Source: an uncultured Desulfobacteraceae bacterium (GTDB lineage Bacteria > Desulfobacterota > Desulfobacteria > Desulfobacterales > UBA2174). Taken from it: a DNA stretch of 64,000 nucleotides. Positions 53,221-62,227 of this stretch are shown here, one piece after another. The notes beneath the pieces were generated by a model. It ran no database searches, was not told the DNA's origin, and saw nothing but the letters and a program-made list of their open reading frames with translations. Made by a program: the position numbers and the translations under genes. Positions within the stretch are counted from its first letter, which is position 1. The number at the start of each line of letters is the position of its first letter. The stretch is from positions 320-64,319 of the forward strand of contig CALJLV010000189.1 in assembly GCA_937982505.1 (NCBI GenBank), given 5' to 3'.

Positions 53221-54051
53221 ATGATCGGCAAGCGTGGTTGGAGCGCAGTGATGGCAATCGCTTTGTTTCTCTGCCTGGCCGGCGGGGCCGGGGCCGGCGA
53301 GCTGCAGCAGAAGCTGGCCGCCGAAAGCACCCTGGAGGCCATCATGGCCCGCGGCACCCTCAAGGTGGGCATGGACACCTTCGTCCCCTGGGCCATGAAG
53401 GACAAGAGCGGCCGGCTCATCGGCTTCGAGATCGATGTGGCCACCCGTCTGGCCGAGGACATGGGCGTGAAGGTGGAATTCGTCCCCACCCAGTGGGACG
53501 GGATCATCTCGGCTTTGCAGACCGGCAAGTTTGACGTGATCATCGGCGGGATGGGAATCGTGCCCAAACGCAACCTCAAGGTAAACTTCACCGAACCCTA
53601 CGACCATACCGGCATGAGCCTGGTGGCCCACCGGGAACTGGCCAAGGGGTTCGCCTCGCTGGAGGATTTCAACCGGCCCGAGGTCACCCTGGCGGTCAAA
53701 ATCGGGGCCACCCCGGTCATGGCGGCCCAGAAGCACATGCCCCGTGCCCAGCTCAAGCAGTTTAACGCCGAAGCCCAGGTCTACCAGGAGCTGCTCAACG
53801 GCCGGGTCCACGCCGTGGTAGGATCGGCTCCGACACCGGCCTTTTACGCCCTGCGCTATCCGGACAAGCTCTTCCTGCCCGTGGAAGGCACCTTCACCCG
53901 TGAGCCCATCGGGTTTGCCCTGCGCAAGGGAGACGTGGATACGCTGAACTTCTTCAACAACTGGATCCGGGTGGTCGCCGCGGAAGGGTGGCTCCAGGAA
54001 CGCAAGCGCTACTGGTTCGAGACCCAGGAATGGGCCGATCTGGTCAAGTAG
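53221..54051 (+). CDS. Amino acid ABC transporter periplasmic substrate-binding protein (family 3)
   Basis: Signal peptide MAIALFLCLAGGAGA, then LKVGMD..PWAMKD..GFEIDVA..GKFDVIIGGM. AAAGGAGG RBS. Confidence 0.85.
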   Translation: MIGKRGWSAVMAIALFLCLAGGAGAGELQQKLAAESTLEAIMARGTLKVGMDTFVPWAMKDKSGRLIGFEIDVATRLAEDMGVKVEFVPTQWDGIISALQTGKFDVIIGGMGIVPKRNLKVNFTEPYDHTGMSLVAHRELAKGFASLEDFNRPEVTLAVKIGATPVMAAQKHMPRAQLKQFNAEAQVYQELLNGRVHAVVGSAPTPAFYALRYPDKLFLPVEGTFTREPIGFALRKGDVDTLNFFNNWIRVVAAEGWLQERKRYWFETQEWADLVK

Positions 54052-54054
54052 AAA

Positions 54055-54095
54055 CCGTCGGGCCCTCGCCGCCCCGGGCCCCTCCGGCCCGACGG
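54055..54095 (+). promoter_or_regulatory. Intercistronic GC-rich stem-loop between the binding-protein and permease genes
   Basis: CCGTCGGGCC (54055-64) is the perfect complement of GGCCCGACGG (54086-95). No T-run follows, so this is more likely an mRNA-stability or partial-attenuation element than a terminator. Confidence 0.35.
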
Positions 54096-54132
54096 CGAAG
54101 GCCGGCGATCCCAACCGGAAAACGAGTCTTTC

Positions 54133-55014
54133 TTGACCTTCACCAAACCCCGCATCGGCGCCCTGGACCTGGCCATCGGCGCCTTGCTGGTTCTGGCCGC
54201 CGGGTACGTGGTCTACCGGGTGCGGATCCAGCTCAACTACCATTGGGAATGGTCCGCCCTGCCCCAGTTCATCGTGCGCTTCGATGAGGCCAGCGGCCGC
54301 TGGGTCCCCAACTACCTGCTCAAGGGGCTCTTGACCACCATTCGCCTCAGTATCTGGGTCACGCTGCTGGCCCTGGTCCTGGGGACCCTGGCCGGCCTGG
54401 CCCAGGTGAGCCGCCGCCTGCTCTACCGGCTTTTGGGGCGCACCTATGTCGAACTGGTGCGCAACCTGCCGCCGTTGGTGCTGATCTTCATCTTCTACTA
54501 CTTTCTCAGCGACCAGATCATGCCCCTGCTGCGGGTGGACCGCCTCATGGACTGCTGCCCGGGGGCCACCCGGAGCATGATGACCCTGCTGCTGGCCCCT
54601 CCCGAGCAGTTCGCCAATTTCTGCTCGGCCCTGGTGACACTGGCCCTTTTCGAGGGGGCCTACATCGCCGAGATCGTGCGCGGCGGGATCGAGTCCGTCG
54701 AAAAGGGCCAGTGGGAAGCCTCGGCGGCCCTGGGCTTTTCCCGGGTCCAGCGGATGCGCTACATCCTTCTACCCCAGGCCCTGCGCCGGATCCTGCCGCC
54801 CCTGGCGGGCCAATTCATCTCGACGATCAAGGATTCGGCCATCGTGTCGGTGATCTCGATCCAGGAGCTGACCTTCCAGGGCATGGACCTGATGGCCTCG
54901 ACCTACCTGAACTTCGAGATCTGGATTACCGTGGCCCTCTTCTATCTCTGCTTGACCCTGCCCTGTTCGCTGGGCGTGGCGCGCCTGGAGCGCGCCCTGG
55001 CCCGGCGTTCCTGA
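54133..55014 (+). CDS. Polar amino acid ABC transporter permease (second subunit)
   Basis: GAYIAEIVRGGIESVEKGQWEASAALGFS and PPLAGQFISTIKDSAIVS. Apparent TTG start. Confidence 0.8.
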   Translation: MTFTKPRIGALDLAIGALLVLAAGYVVYRVRIQLNYHWEWSALPQFIVRFDEASGRWVPNYLLKGLLTTIRLSIWVTLLALVLGTLAGLAQVSRRLLYRLLGRTYVELVRNLPPLVLIFIFYYFLSDQIMPLLRVDRLMDCCPGATRSMMTLLLAPPEQFANFCSALVTLALFEGAYIAEIVRGGIESVEKGQWEASAALGFSRVQRMRYILLPQALRRILPPLAGQFISTIKDSAIVSVISIQELTFQGMDLMASTYLNFEIWITVALFYLCLTLPCSLGVARLERALARRS

Positions 55015-55023
55015 AAACGCCCA

Positions 55024-55848
55024 TCAGCGCGGGAACAGATCGGTGCGCCGGTGCGCCAGAGCGGGCAGCTTCCGGCGCACGGCCGCCAGGCGCGCCAGAT
55101 CCACCTCGGCGGCCACCAGTCCCGGGGCTTCGCCCGCCGCGCCCAAGAGAACCCCGAAGGGGTCGAAAACCGCGCTGCAGCCGGCAAAGGGCGCCCCTGC
55201 CAGGTCGCAGCCGGCCACGTAGCAGGTGTTCTCGATGGCCCGGGCCCTCAGCAGGGTCAGCCAGTGGGTCTCCTTCATCGGCCCCGCATACCAGGCCGAG
55301 GGGACCACGATCAGCTCGGCGCCCTGGCCGGCCAGATGGCGGAACAGTTCGGGAAAGCGCAGATCATAGCAGATGGCCAGTCCCAGGCGCACCCCGGCAA
55401 CGGGCACCACCGGCGGCGCAAGGCGCCCGGGGGCCATGATCCGCGGTTCGTTCAGGTTCAGCGCATCGAAAAGATGCAGCTTGCGGTAGTCGGCCAGGAT
55501 CTGTCCCCGCGGCGACACCACCCGGGCCGTGTTGTAGGCGCGTTCAGGGTCCGGTCCCGGCTCCCAGATCCCGCAGATGATAAAAAGACTGGTGTCTCTG
55601 GCCAGGGACGCCAGGCCTCGGCCGAAGGCGCCCTGGTCCCGGGCCGCCATGAGCGCCGGCGGACGGTCCCGCCCGGGCAGCCCCATGTACATTTCGGGCA
55701 GCACCATCAGGTGCGCCCCGCCATCGGCGGCCTGGCGGGCCAGGCGGGCGGCCTGGTCCAGATTGGCGGCCGGATCGGCGGTGGTTTCCACCTGGGCCAG
55801 AACGATCTTCAGGACAGTCTTCACGGGGTTGGGACTCCCTTCGGCCAT
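55024..55848 (-). CDS. Carbon-nitrogen hydrolase (nitrilase superfamily)
   Basis: The Glu-Lys-Cys triad context: LMVLPEM.., YRKLHLFD and LAICYDLRFPE. ATG at 55848. Confidence 0.85.
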   Translation of the reverse strand: MAEGSPNPVKTVLKIVLAQVETTADPAANLDQAARLARQAADGGAHLMVLPEMYMGLPGRDRPPALMAARDQGAFGRGLASLARDTSLFIICGIWEPGPDPERAYNTARVVSPRGQILADYRKLHLFDALNLNEPRIMAPGRLAPPVVPVAGVRLGLAICYDLRFPELFRHLAGQGAELIVVPSAWYAGPMKETHWLTLLRARAIENTCYVAGCDLAGAPFAGCSAVFDPFGVLLGAAGEAPGLVAAEVDLARLAAVRRKLPALAHRRTDLFPR

Positions 55849-55959
55849 GGATGGGGGTGGCGGTTTGGACGCGCAGGGATTCTTACCCCAAAGCCGCCAG
55901 GGGCGCAAATGGGCGGCCGCCCTTCTGGGCTTGACCCGGCCCGGATTTGGTGCTTAACA

Positions 55960-55975
55960 TTGACGTTAACGTAAA
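55960..55975. promoter_or_regulatory. Candidate MerR-family operator (TTGACGTTAACGTAAA; perfect 10-bp core ACGTTAACGT)
   Basis: A near-perfect 16-bp palindrome lies 18 nt upstream of the MerR-family gene start, in the nitrilase/merR divergent region. Its left half doubles as a TTGACG -35-like hexamer. Confidence 0.45.
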
Positions 55976-55993
55976 CTCTTTCCGGAGCGCCCC

Positions 55994-56401
55994 TTGGCCC
56001 GCACCGCCTCTTCCAGCGAGTCGTTCAGCATCTCCGACCTGGCGGCCGAGTTCGACGTCAGCCCCCGCACCATCCGCTTTTACGAGGAAAAGGGGCTGCT
56101 GTCCCCGGCCCGCACCAAGGGCAACCAGCGGATCTACAACCGCCGCGACCGGTCCCGGCTGCGGCTGATCCTGCGCGGCAGGCGCTTCGGGTACCGCCTG
56201 GAAGAGATCGCCGACATGATCGGCCTGGACGAGGTCGATCTGGACGAGGCCGAACAGATCCGCCAGAGCCTGGCCTACGGAGGCCGCAAGCTGGCCGAAA
56301 TCCGCTCCCGCATCGAAGAGTTGACCCTTCTGGAAAAGGATCTTCAGGCCACCGCCGCCAAGCTGCGCCGGCGCCTGGAGGCACTGGAAAAGCCACCTTG
56401 A
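55994..56401 (+). CDS. MerR-family transcriptional regulator (LiuR-like)
   Basis: HTH FSISDLAAEFDVSPRTIRFYEEKGLL, followed by a coiled-coil dimerisation helix. TTG start. Confidence 0.8.
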   Translation: MARTASSSESFSISDLAAEFDVSPRTIRFYEEKGLLSPARTKGNQRIYNRRDRSRLRLILRGRRFGYRLEEIADMIGLDEVDLDEAEQIRQSLAYGGRKLAEIRSRIEELTLLEKDLQATAAKLRRRLEALEKPP

Positions 56402-56473
56402 AGGTCACCTCCGGTCCCACCGGGGCCGCCCCGGCGCCCCCTTGCCCGCAACCCCTTCACAGGAGAGGTGCTG

Positions 56474-57718
56474 ATGTTTGACTATCTGTTGTCCGAAACG
56501 GCCCGGGATCTGATCGCCGAGGTGCGCGACCTGGTGCGCTGGGTGCCGCGCGAGATGATTCTGGCCATGGACCGCGACGAGATCCGGTTTCCCCGGGAAT
56601 TTTTGCGCGAGGCGGGACGGCGCAACCTCATGGGCTGCCGCTACCCGCGACGATGGGGGGGACGCGACCTGGACTGGGTCAGCACCTGCGCCGTGATGGA
56701 GGAGGTGGGCACCCTGGGCTACATTTTCGCCTGCGTCTTCGGGGTGGGGGCGGAGCTGGTCTGCGACGCCATCATCCTGCACGGCAGCGACGCGCAGAAA
56801 GAAAAGTACGTGGTGCCCCTGCTGCGCGGGGAACTCTTCGCCGCCGAGTGCCTCACCGAACCGCGCGGCGGCAGCGACTTTTTCGGCACCACCACCGTGG
56901 CCCAGGACCGCGGCGATCATTTTGTGCTCAACGGACAAAAGCGCTTCATCGTGGGCGCCGAAGGGGCCGACTTCTTTCTGGTCTACGCCCGCACCGACGA
57001 CCAGGCCCCCTCCCACAAGGCGCTGACCTGCTTTATCGTGGACCGCTCGCCCGGCGTGGAAACCGCCTACCGTTACGGGCTGATGGGCTGTCGCGGGGGC
57101 GGGGCCGGCCGCATCGTGTTCCGCGACGTCCGGGTGCCCCGGGAGAACATCGTCGGTACGCTCAACGGGGCCAAGGCGGTCTTCGACACCATGATGATCC
57201 CCGAACGGCTCGGTACGGCGGCCATGACCATCGGCGCGGCGCGGCCGGCCCTGGAGGTGGCCACCGGCTACACCACCCGGCGCAAGGCTTTCGGCACCAC
57301 CATCAACCAGTTTCAGGGGGTCAGCTTCCAGGTGGCCGAGGCGGCCATGCTCCTGGACGCGGCCCGTTCCATGATCTACACCACCGCCCGGGCCGTGGAC
57401 ACGGGCCAGAACCCGTACCGGGTGCGGCGCATGGTCTCGCAGGCCAAAAAATTCGTCACCGAAGCCTGCCAGCGCGCGGCCCACAACAGCATGCAGGTGA
57501 TGGGCGGAATCGGCTACACCGACGTCTTTCCGGTGGAACGGATCGTGCGCGATCTGCGCCTGGCCTCCATCTGGACCGGCACCAACGAGGTGATGAGCAT
57601 GATCACGGCCCACGAATGGTACCGCGAATACGCCGCCCGCAAGGCCGGTCCGCCATCGCGCGACCATGAGGCCGACGCCGCCTCGGCCGACGCCGCCGAC
57701 GAAAAAATCTACGTCTAG
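56474..57718 (+). CDS. Acyl-CoA dehydrogenase
   Basis: ECLTEPRGGSDF, KRFI.GA, FG..INQFQGV and GGIGYT motifs. AGGAGAGG RBS. The start is ATG 56474, or GTG 56468 as in the ORF track. Confidence 0.9.
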   Translation: MFDYLLSETARDLIAEVRDLVRWVPREMILAMDRDEIRFPREFLREAGRRNLMGCRYPRRWGGRDLDWVSTCAVMEEVGTLGYIFACVFGVGAELVCDAIILHGSDAQKEKYVVPLLRGELFAAECLTEPRGGSDFFGTTTVAQDRGDHFVLNGQKRFIVGAEGADFFLVYARTDDQAPSHKALTCFIVDRSPGVETAYRYGLMGCRGGGAGRIVFRDVRVPRENIVGTLNGAKAVFDTMMIPERLGTAAMTIGAARPALEVATGYTTRRKAFGTTINQFQGVSFQVAEAAMLLDAARSMIYTTARAVDTGQNPYRVRRMVSQAKKFVTEACQRAAHNSMQVMGGIGYTDVFPVERIVRDLRLASIWTGTNEVMSMITAHEWYREYAARKAGPPSRDHEADAASADAADEKIYV

Positions 57719-57720
57719 CC

Positions 57721-58596
57721 GTGCACGTCGCCACGCGGGAAACATACGGACCGGTGACGGCCTACAACCTGGGCTTTTCCCTCCTGGGACCGCCCCTGAT
57801 GACGGTGCGCTGCTACCGGCTGGGCGACCTGCTCATCGATAGCGGCCAGGCCCACCTGGCCCCGCGGGTCCTGTCCCTGCTGGCCCCGGCGCCTCCGGCG
57901 GCCGTGGTCCTGACCCACCACCACGAGGACCACAGCGGCAACGCGGCCGCCGTCCGGCGGCGCTTCAGGGTCCCGGTCTACGGCCATGCCCTGACGGCGG
58001 CCAAGATGGGCCGCGGTTTCTCCATCCGCCCCTACCAGCACTACCTCTGGGGACGGGCCCGGCCCCTGAGGATGCTTCCCCTGCCCGACGGTCTGGAGGC
58101 GGCCGGCCGCCGCGTGGTGCCCGTCCATGCCCCGGGCCACAGCAAGGACCACACGGTCTATTTCGTCCCCTCGGAGGGGTGGCTCTTTTCCGGAGACCTG
58201 TTTCTCGGTGAGCGCATCAAGTACTTTCGCGCGGACGAGCAGTTCGGCGAACAGATCCTCTCTTTGAAGCGCATCCTGACGCTGGATTTCGAGGCCCTCT
58301 TTTGCGCCCACCGGCCGGTGCTCCGGGGCGGCCGGACCGCCTTGGCCCGCAAGCTGGGGTTTCTCGAGGCGCTCTACGGCCGGATCACGGAGCTGCACCG
58401 GCGCGGCTATGACGCGCGGGCCATCTGCCGGGCCCTGGATCCGCGCAGCGACCGCCTGGCACGGGCCATGACCCTGGGCAACGTCAGCTTTGCCTGCATG
58501 GTGAGCGCCGCGCTGCGATCCCTGACGGCCGGCGGCAACGCCCCCGATGCCCGGGAGGCCGTCGGGGACCCTTGCCCGTCCGGACAGGAACCCTGA
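57721..58596 (+). CDS. Metallo-beta-lactamase-fold hydrolase
   Basis: LTHHHEDHSG (the HxHxDH motif) and HAPGHSKDH. GTG start 2 nt after the ACAD stop. Confidence 0.8.
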   Translation: MHVATRETYGPVTAYNLGFSLLGPPLMTVRCYRLGDLLIDSGQAHLAPRVLSLLAPAPPAAVVLTHHHEDHSGNAAAVRRRFRVPVYGHALTAAKMGRGFSIRPYQHYLWGRARPLRMLPLPDGLEAAGRRVVPVHAPGHSKDHTVYFVPSEGWLFSGDLFLGERIKYFRADEQFGEQILSLKRILTLDFEALFCAHRPVLRGGRTALARKLGFLEALYGRITELHRRGYDARAICRALDPRSDRLARAMTLGNVSFACMVSAALRSLTAGGNAPDAREAVGDPCPSGQEP

Positions 58597-58603
58597 AGCG
58601 CGC

Positions 58604-59365
58604 CTACCGGATCCCCCGCTCGGCGCGGATGGCCTCGTAGGCCTGCTGGATCTCGCGGAACTTTTCCTCGGCAAAACGGGTGAACTCCTCGGGAAGCCCC
58701 TTGCCGGCGATCTTGTCGGGATGAAACTCGCTCACCTTGAGCCGGTACTGGCGCTTGACGGCCTCGTCCGAATCGGTGGGATCCACCCCGAGAATGGCGT
58801 AGTAGCGGTCGCGCTCCACGTCCTTTTGATAGCGCCCCTTGAAGCGGCGCACCTGCTCGGGGCCGAACCCGAAGATGGCCGCCGCCTCGTTGATCAGGAC
58901 CTCCTCGGCGGGCATGATGCGGCCGTCGGCCACCGCCACCCGCAGCAGCATGTCGAGCATCAGGTCGAGCAGCTCCCGGCGATGGTGAAAGCGGGCCTGG
59001 AACTGGCGCGCGAAATCGCCGAAGGATTCCGGGGCCCCGAGCGCGGTGCGGAAGATGTTCATCCCGATGCGCCGGCTTTCCGGATCCAGCCGCAGGTCCT
59101 CGCGCATGAAGCGCTCCACCGAATCGATTTCGGCCTGGGTCACCGGACCGTCGGACTTGGCCATCTTGGCCAGCATGGAAAAGGTCGCCACGAAAAAGGT
59201 GAACTGATCCGTATCCCCGGCCGACATGGCCCCCGGCCCCTCGATCTGGCCTTGCTGGGTGTTCACATCGAAGGCATGGCCGAATACCGCCCCGGCAATG
59301 GCGCCCAGGGGCCCGCCGATGGCAAAGCCGATGGTTCCCCCCACGATTTTCCCCAACACCCCCAT
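58604..59365 (-). CDS. DjlA-like co-chaperone: Gly-zipper membrane helix + TerB-like domain + C-terminal J domain
   Basis: N-terminus GKIVGGTIGFAIGGPLGAIAGAVFG, a tellurite-resistance TerB-like middle part (FTFFVATFSMLAKMAKSDGPVTQAEI..), and a C-terminal YYAILGV..YRLKVSEFHPDK J domain. Confidence 0.8.
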   Translation of the reverse strand: MGVLGKIVGGTIGFAIGGPLGAIAGAVFGHAFDVNTQQGQIEGPGAMSAGDTDQFTFFVATFSMLAKMAKSDGPVTQAEIDSVERFMREDLRLDPESRRIGMNIFRTALGAPESFGDFARQFQARFHHRRELLDLMLDMLLRVAVADGRIMPAEEVLINEAAAIFGFGPEQVRRFKGRYQKDVERDRYYAILGVDPTDSDEAVKRQYRLKVSEFHPDKIAGKGLPEEFTRFAEEKFREIQQAYEAIRAERGIR

Positions 59366-59457
59366 TGGACATCCTTTCTGTGCCCGCCAGCGCGGGTCGT
59401 GCCCCGTGAGGCGCCGTCGGATCCGCCCCTGGCGGCGGCTGGCCCCCGCTGGGTCTC

Positions 59458-62217
59458 TCAATGGCGTTGAACCGCCTCTGGGCCGCACAGCAGCAGCCCC
59501 ACCGGCAGGGCCTCGCCGAAAACAGCCTCCTGCTCGGCCGCCGCCAGGGCCACCACCTCCTGGACCATTGCCAACTGCCGATCCTCGGCACCGCTGGCCG
59601 ACAGCCATCGGCAGACCGCCTCCAGCGTCTGGGGGTCCAGGTCCCGGGTGCGGTCCCCGGTGCGCCGGGCCAGATGGACCACGGCGGCAGCCACCGGCCT
59701 GGGGTTGCGCCAGCTCTGGCCGATCAGTCGCCGGATCCAGCCGGCAACCTCGCCGGGGGAAACCACCCGGTCCACGCTGCCGTAGAGCAGCTCCCGGGCG
59801 CCCAGGCGCCCCAGGGCCCACAGGAGCTGGGACGCCGGCTTGCGCGGGGTGAGGGTTTCCAGCAGCCGCCGCCCCAACTTGACCTTGTCCTTGACCTGGA
59901 GCCGTTCCATGCTGGCCAAGGCCATCCATATCTCGGTGTGCACCGCTGTTCCGGAGCGCTCCTTGAACAGCGGGCCGGCAATATCCTGAAGAAACTGGCG
60001 CTGCTGGCCGGCGCTGAGGCCGCCGGAAACCCGCCGCCACAAAATCCACCACTCGCTGCGCACCTGGGACCTGCCGGAAAACCGAGGACCCTGGAGATAG
60101 ACCCGCCAGAGCTGGCGCATGCGGTGGGGATCGGCCCCGTCACCGAACCCGGGCCGCAGACTGTAGCCGGCCAGGTTGAGCCAGACGGCTTCGTGCACCG
60201 GCGTGGACCGGCGCCGCGGGGCCGATGCCAGCAGGGCGTCGGCCACGGCCCGCAACAGCACCAGGGGCCAGTCTTCCCGGGTCATCTGAACCGCTTCGGC
60301 CAGGGTCTTGGCCAGCTCGGCCACCTGCCCTGGATCGTCGCTTTCAAAGCCCTGCGGGACGATCCCCGCGGCCGCTTCCAGGGTTCGGGTGTCGATGGCC
60401 GTATCCGCCGGGATCCCGGCGGCTGCCGACGCGCCCCGCAACTGGAAGCGCAGCTGCCAGCGATGATCGCTCACCCGGCTGGCGCACCACAGCGCCAGGG
60501 TGCCGGTTTCGCTGTATTCCGCCTCCACCTGCACCGGAATACGCCGGGTTTCATGACCCCGGCCGAAGGCGACCACCGTTTCCAGCGGTGCCAGGCGCGA
60601 AAGGGTCTCGTCCACCGCCACCAGGTCGCCGCAGCGGTCGCCGCTGCGAAAACTGGAGGCAAACAGGTCGAAGCGCACCGGCCGGTTGGCCACCACCTCC
60701 AGGCGGTGGGCGTCCAGGGCGATGCGGCTTCCCTCTTCCAGTCCCCTTTCCACCAGGCAAACGGCCTGGCTGGCGGCGCTGTCGATGTGCGGCCGCGCCA
60801 CGCCCAGGTAATAGGCCCGGGGGCTGCCCGACCCCACCCGCACCCCGCGGCCGGACTTGACCCAGCCGTAGTAGGCGGCGCCCACGGCCACGGCAAGATC
60901 CGGATGGGGATTGGCCAGCACGCGGGGGCCTTCCGCCGGGCCGAAGCGCTCGGCCAGCACCCGGCAGATCCGTTCCTGGACCAGTCGCGATTTCAGCGAA
61001 CCGCCGTTGAAAAGGATCAGGTCGGGCCGCGGATCGGACCGCTGCACAACCCGTTCGGCATCCGCCCGGTGGCCGTGGAGAAAATCCACCAGGTGGCCGG
61101 TAATGGCCTGGTTCTCGGCAAATGGCAGACCGTGGAGCCCCTCGCTGTCCACCGGCGGGGCCGGCGAGCGGCCCGAGACCGGCAGGAACTGCGCCATCAC
61201 CACGTCCACCACCGCCTGACGCGTCAGTTCAGCCGACAGGGTCCCGGCGATGAGCCGGCTCCCGCTCCCGGCCACCGTGACGCGGCAGGCTTCCAGGGTG
61301 CCTTCCAGCAGCCGTTCCTTGGCCTGGCGGCACTGGTGGCATAGGGACCTGTACTGGTCCAGGGGAACGCCAGCCGGTGAGCGGCCAGTTTGCGCGAGCA
61401 CCGTGCGGGCCAGGGCGATATCGATGTTGTCCCCGCCCAGAATCAGGTGGTCTCCCACGGCGATGCGTTCGAAGCGTGGCCCCCCCGGGGCGGGACGCAG
61501 GGTGATGAGGGTAAAGTCGGTGGTGCCGCCGCCCACATCGCAGACCACCACCAGTTCACCGGGGGACACATGGGCAGGCCAGCTCTCTTCGTGGTCCGCC
61601 AGCCAGCTGTAGAAGGCGGCCAGCGGCTCTTCGAGAAGCACGGCGTCCGGCAGCCCAGCCATGACTGCCGCCTTGGCGGTAAGATCGCGGGCCACCTCGT
61701 CGAAGGAGGCCGGCACGGTGATGACCAGGTTCTGGTGCTCGAGGTAGAGGTCTTCGTCCTGGCCCCAGTGGTGGTTCCAGGCCTGGCGCAGGTGATCGAG
61801 GTAGGCGGCGGTGGCGGCCACCGGGGAAATCTTGGGCGTGTCCTCGCCGGCGGTCCGGGGCAGGATGGGCGCCTCCCGGTCCACCCTTCCGTGGCACAGC
61901 CAGCTCTTGGCGGAGCTGACCAGCCGGGCCGGCACCCTGGCGCCGTGATCCCGGGCAAAGGCGCCCGCGAAGCGATCGCTGGAGCGTGCCCAGGGCAGGC
62001 CGATGGCTTCCAGGGCGATGTCAAAACGCCCCGGAAGGTAGAGAAACGAGGGCAGGACCGGCAGCCGGCTCACCTCGCCCGGACCGGTCAACTGGGTGAT
62101 ATCGAAGATCTGGATGCGTCGCTGCTCCGGGCTTTGGGCCAGAAGATCCATATAGGCCAGGGCGCTGTTGGTGGTGCCCAGGTCGATGCCGACGATAAAA
62201 CGCGCGTCTTGGGACAA
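59458..62217 (-). CDS. Atypical long Hsp70-family ATPase (about 919 aa) with a non-DnaK-like C-terminal half
   Basis: Actin-fold/Hsp70 NBD motifs: VGIDLGTTNSA, VCDVGGGTTDFT, ILGGDNID, FNGGS. Start assigned to TTG 62217 (AGGAG 5 nt upstream, 10 nt after the upstream stop). The longer ORF to 62364 overlaps the DUF2760 gene. Confidence 0.8.
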   Translation of the reverse strand: MSQDARFIVGIDLGTTNSALAYMDLLAQSPEQRRIQIFDITQLTGPGEVSRLPVLPSFLYLPGRFDIALEAIGLPWARSSDRFAGAFARDHGARVPARLVSSAKSWLCHGRVDREAPILPRTAGEDTPKISPVAATAAYLDHLRQAWNHHWGQDEDLYLEHQNLVITVPASFDEVARDLTAKAAVMAGLPDAVLLEEPLAAFYSWLADHEESWPAHVSPGELVVVCDVGGGTTDFTLITLRPAPGGPRFERIAVGDHLILGGDNIDIALARTVLAQTGRSPAGVPLDQYRSLCHQCRQAKERLLEGTLEACRVTVAGSGSRLIAGTLSAELTRQAVVDVVMAQFLPVSGRSPAPPVDSEGLHGLPFAENQAITGHLVDFLHGHRADAERVVQRSDPRPDLILFNGGSLKSRLVQERICRVLAERFGPAEGPRVLANPHPDLAVAVGAAYYGWVKSGRGVRVGSGSPRAYYLGVARPHIDSAASQAVCLVERGLEEGSRIALDAHRLEVVANRPVRFDLFASSFRSGDRCGDLVAVDETLSRLAPLETVVAFGRGHETRRIPVQVEAEYSETGTLALWCASRVSDHRWQLRFQLRGASAAAGIPADTAIDTRTLEAAAGIVPQGFESDDPGQVAELAKTLAEAVQMTREDWPLVLLRAVADALLASAPRRRSTPVHEAVWLNLAGYSLRPGFGDGADPHRMRQLWRVYLQGPRFSGRSQVRSEWWILWRRVSGGLSAGQQRQFLQDIAGPLFKERSGTAVHTEIWMALASMERLQVKDKVKLGRRLLETLTPRKPASQLLWALGRLGARELLYGSVDRVVSPGEVAGWIRRLIGQSWRNPRPVAAAVVHLARRTGDRTRDLDPQTLEAVCRWLSASGAEDRQLAMVQEVVALAAAEQEAVFGEALPVGLLLCGPEAVQRH

Positions 62218-62227
62218 TCCGACTCCT

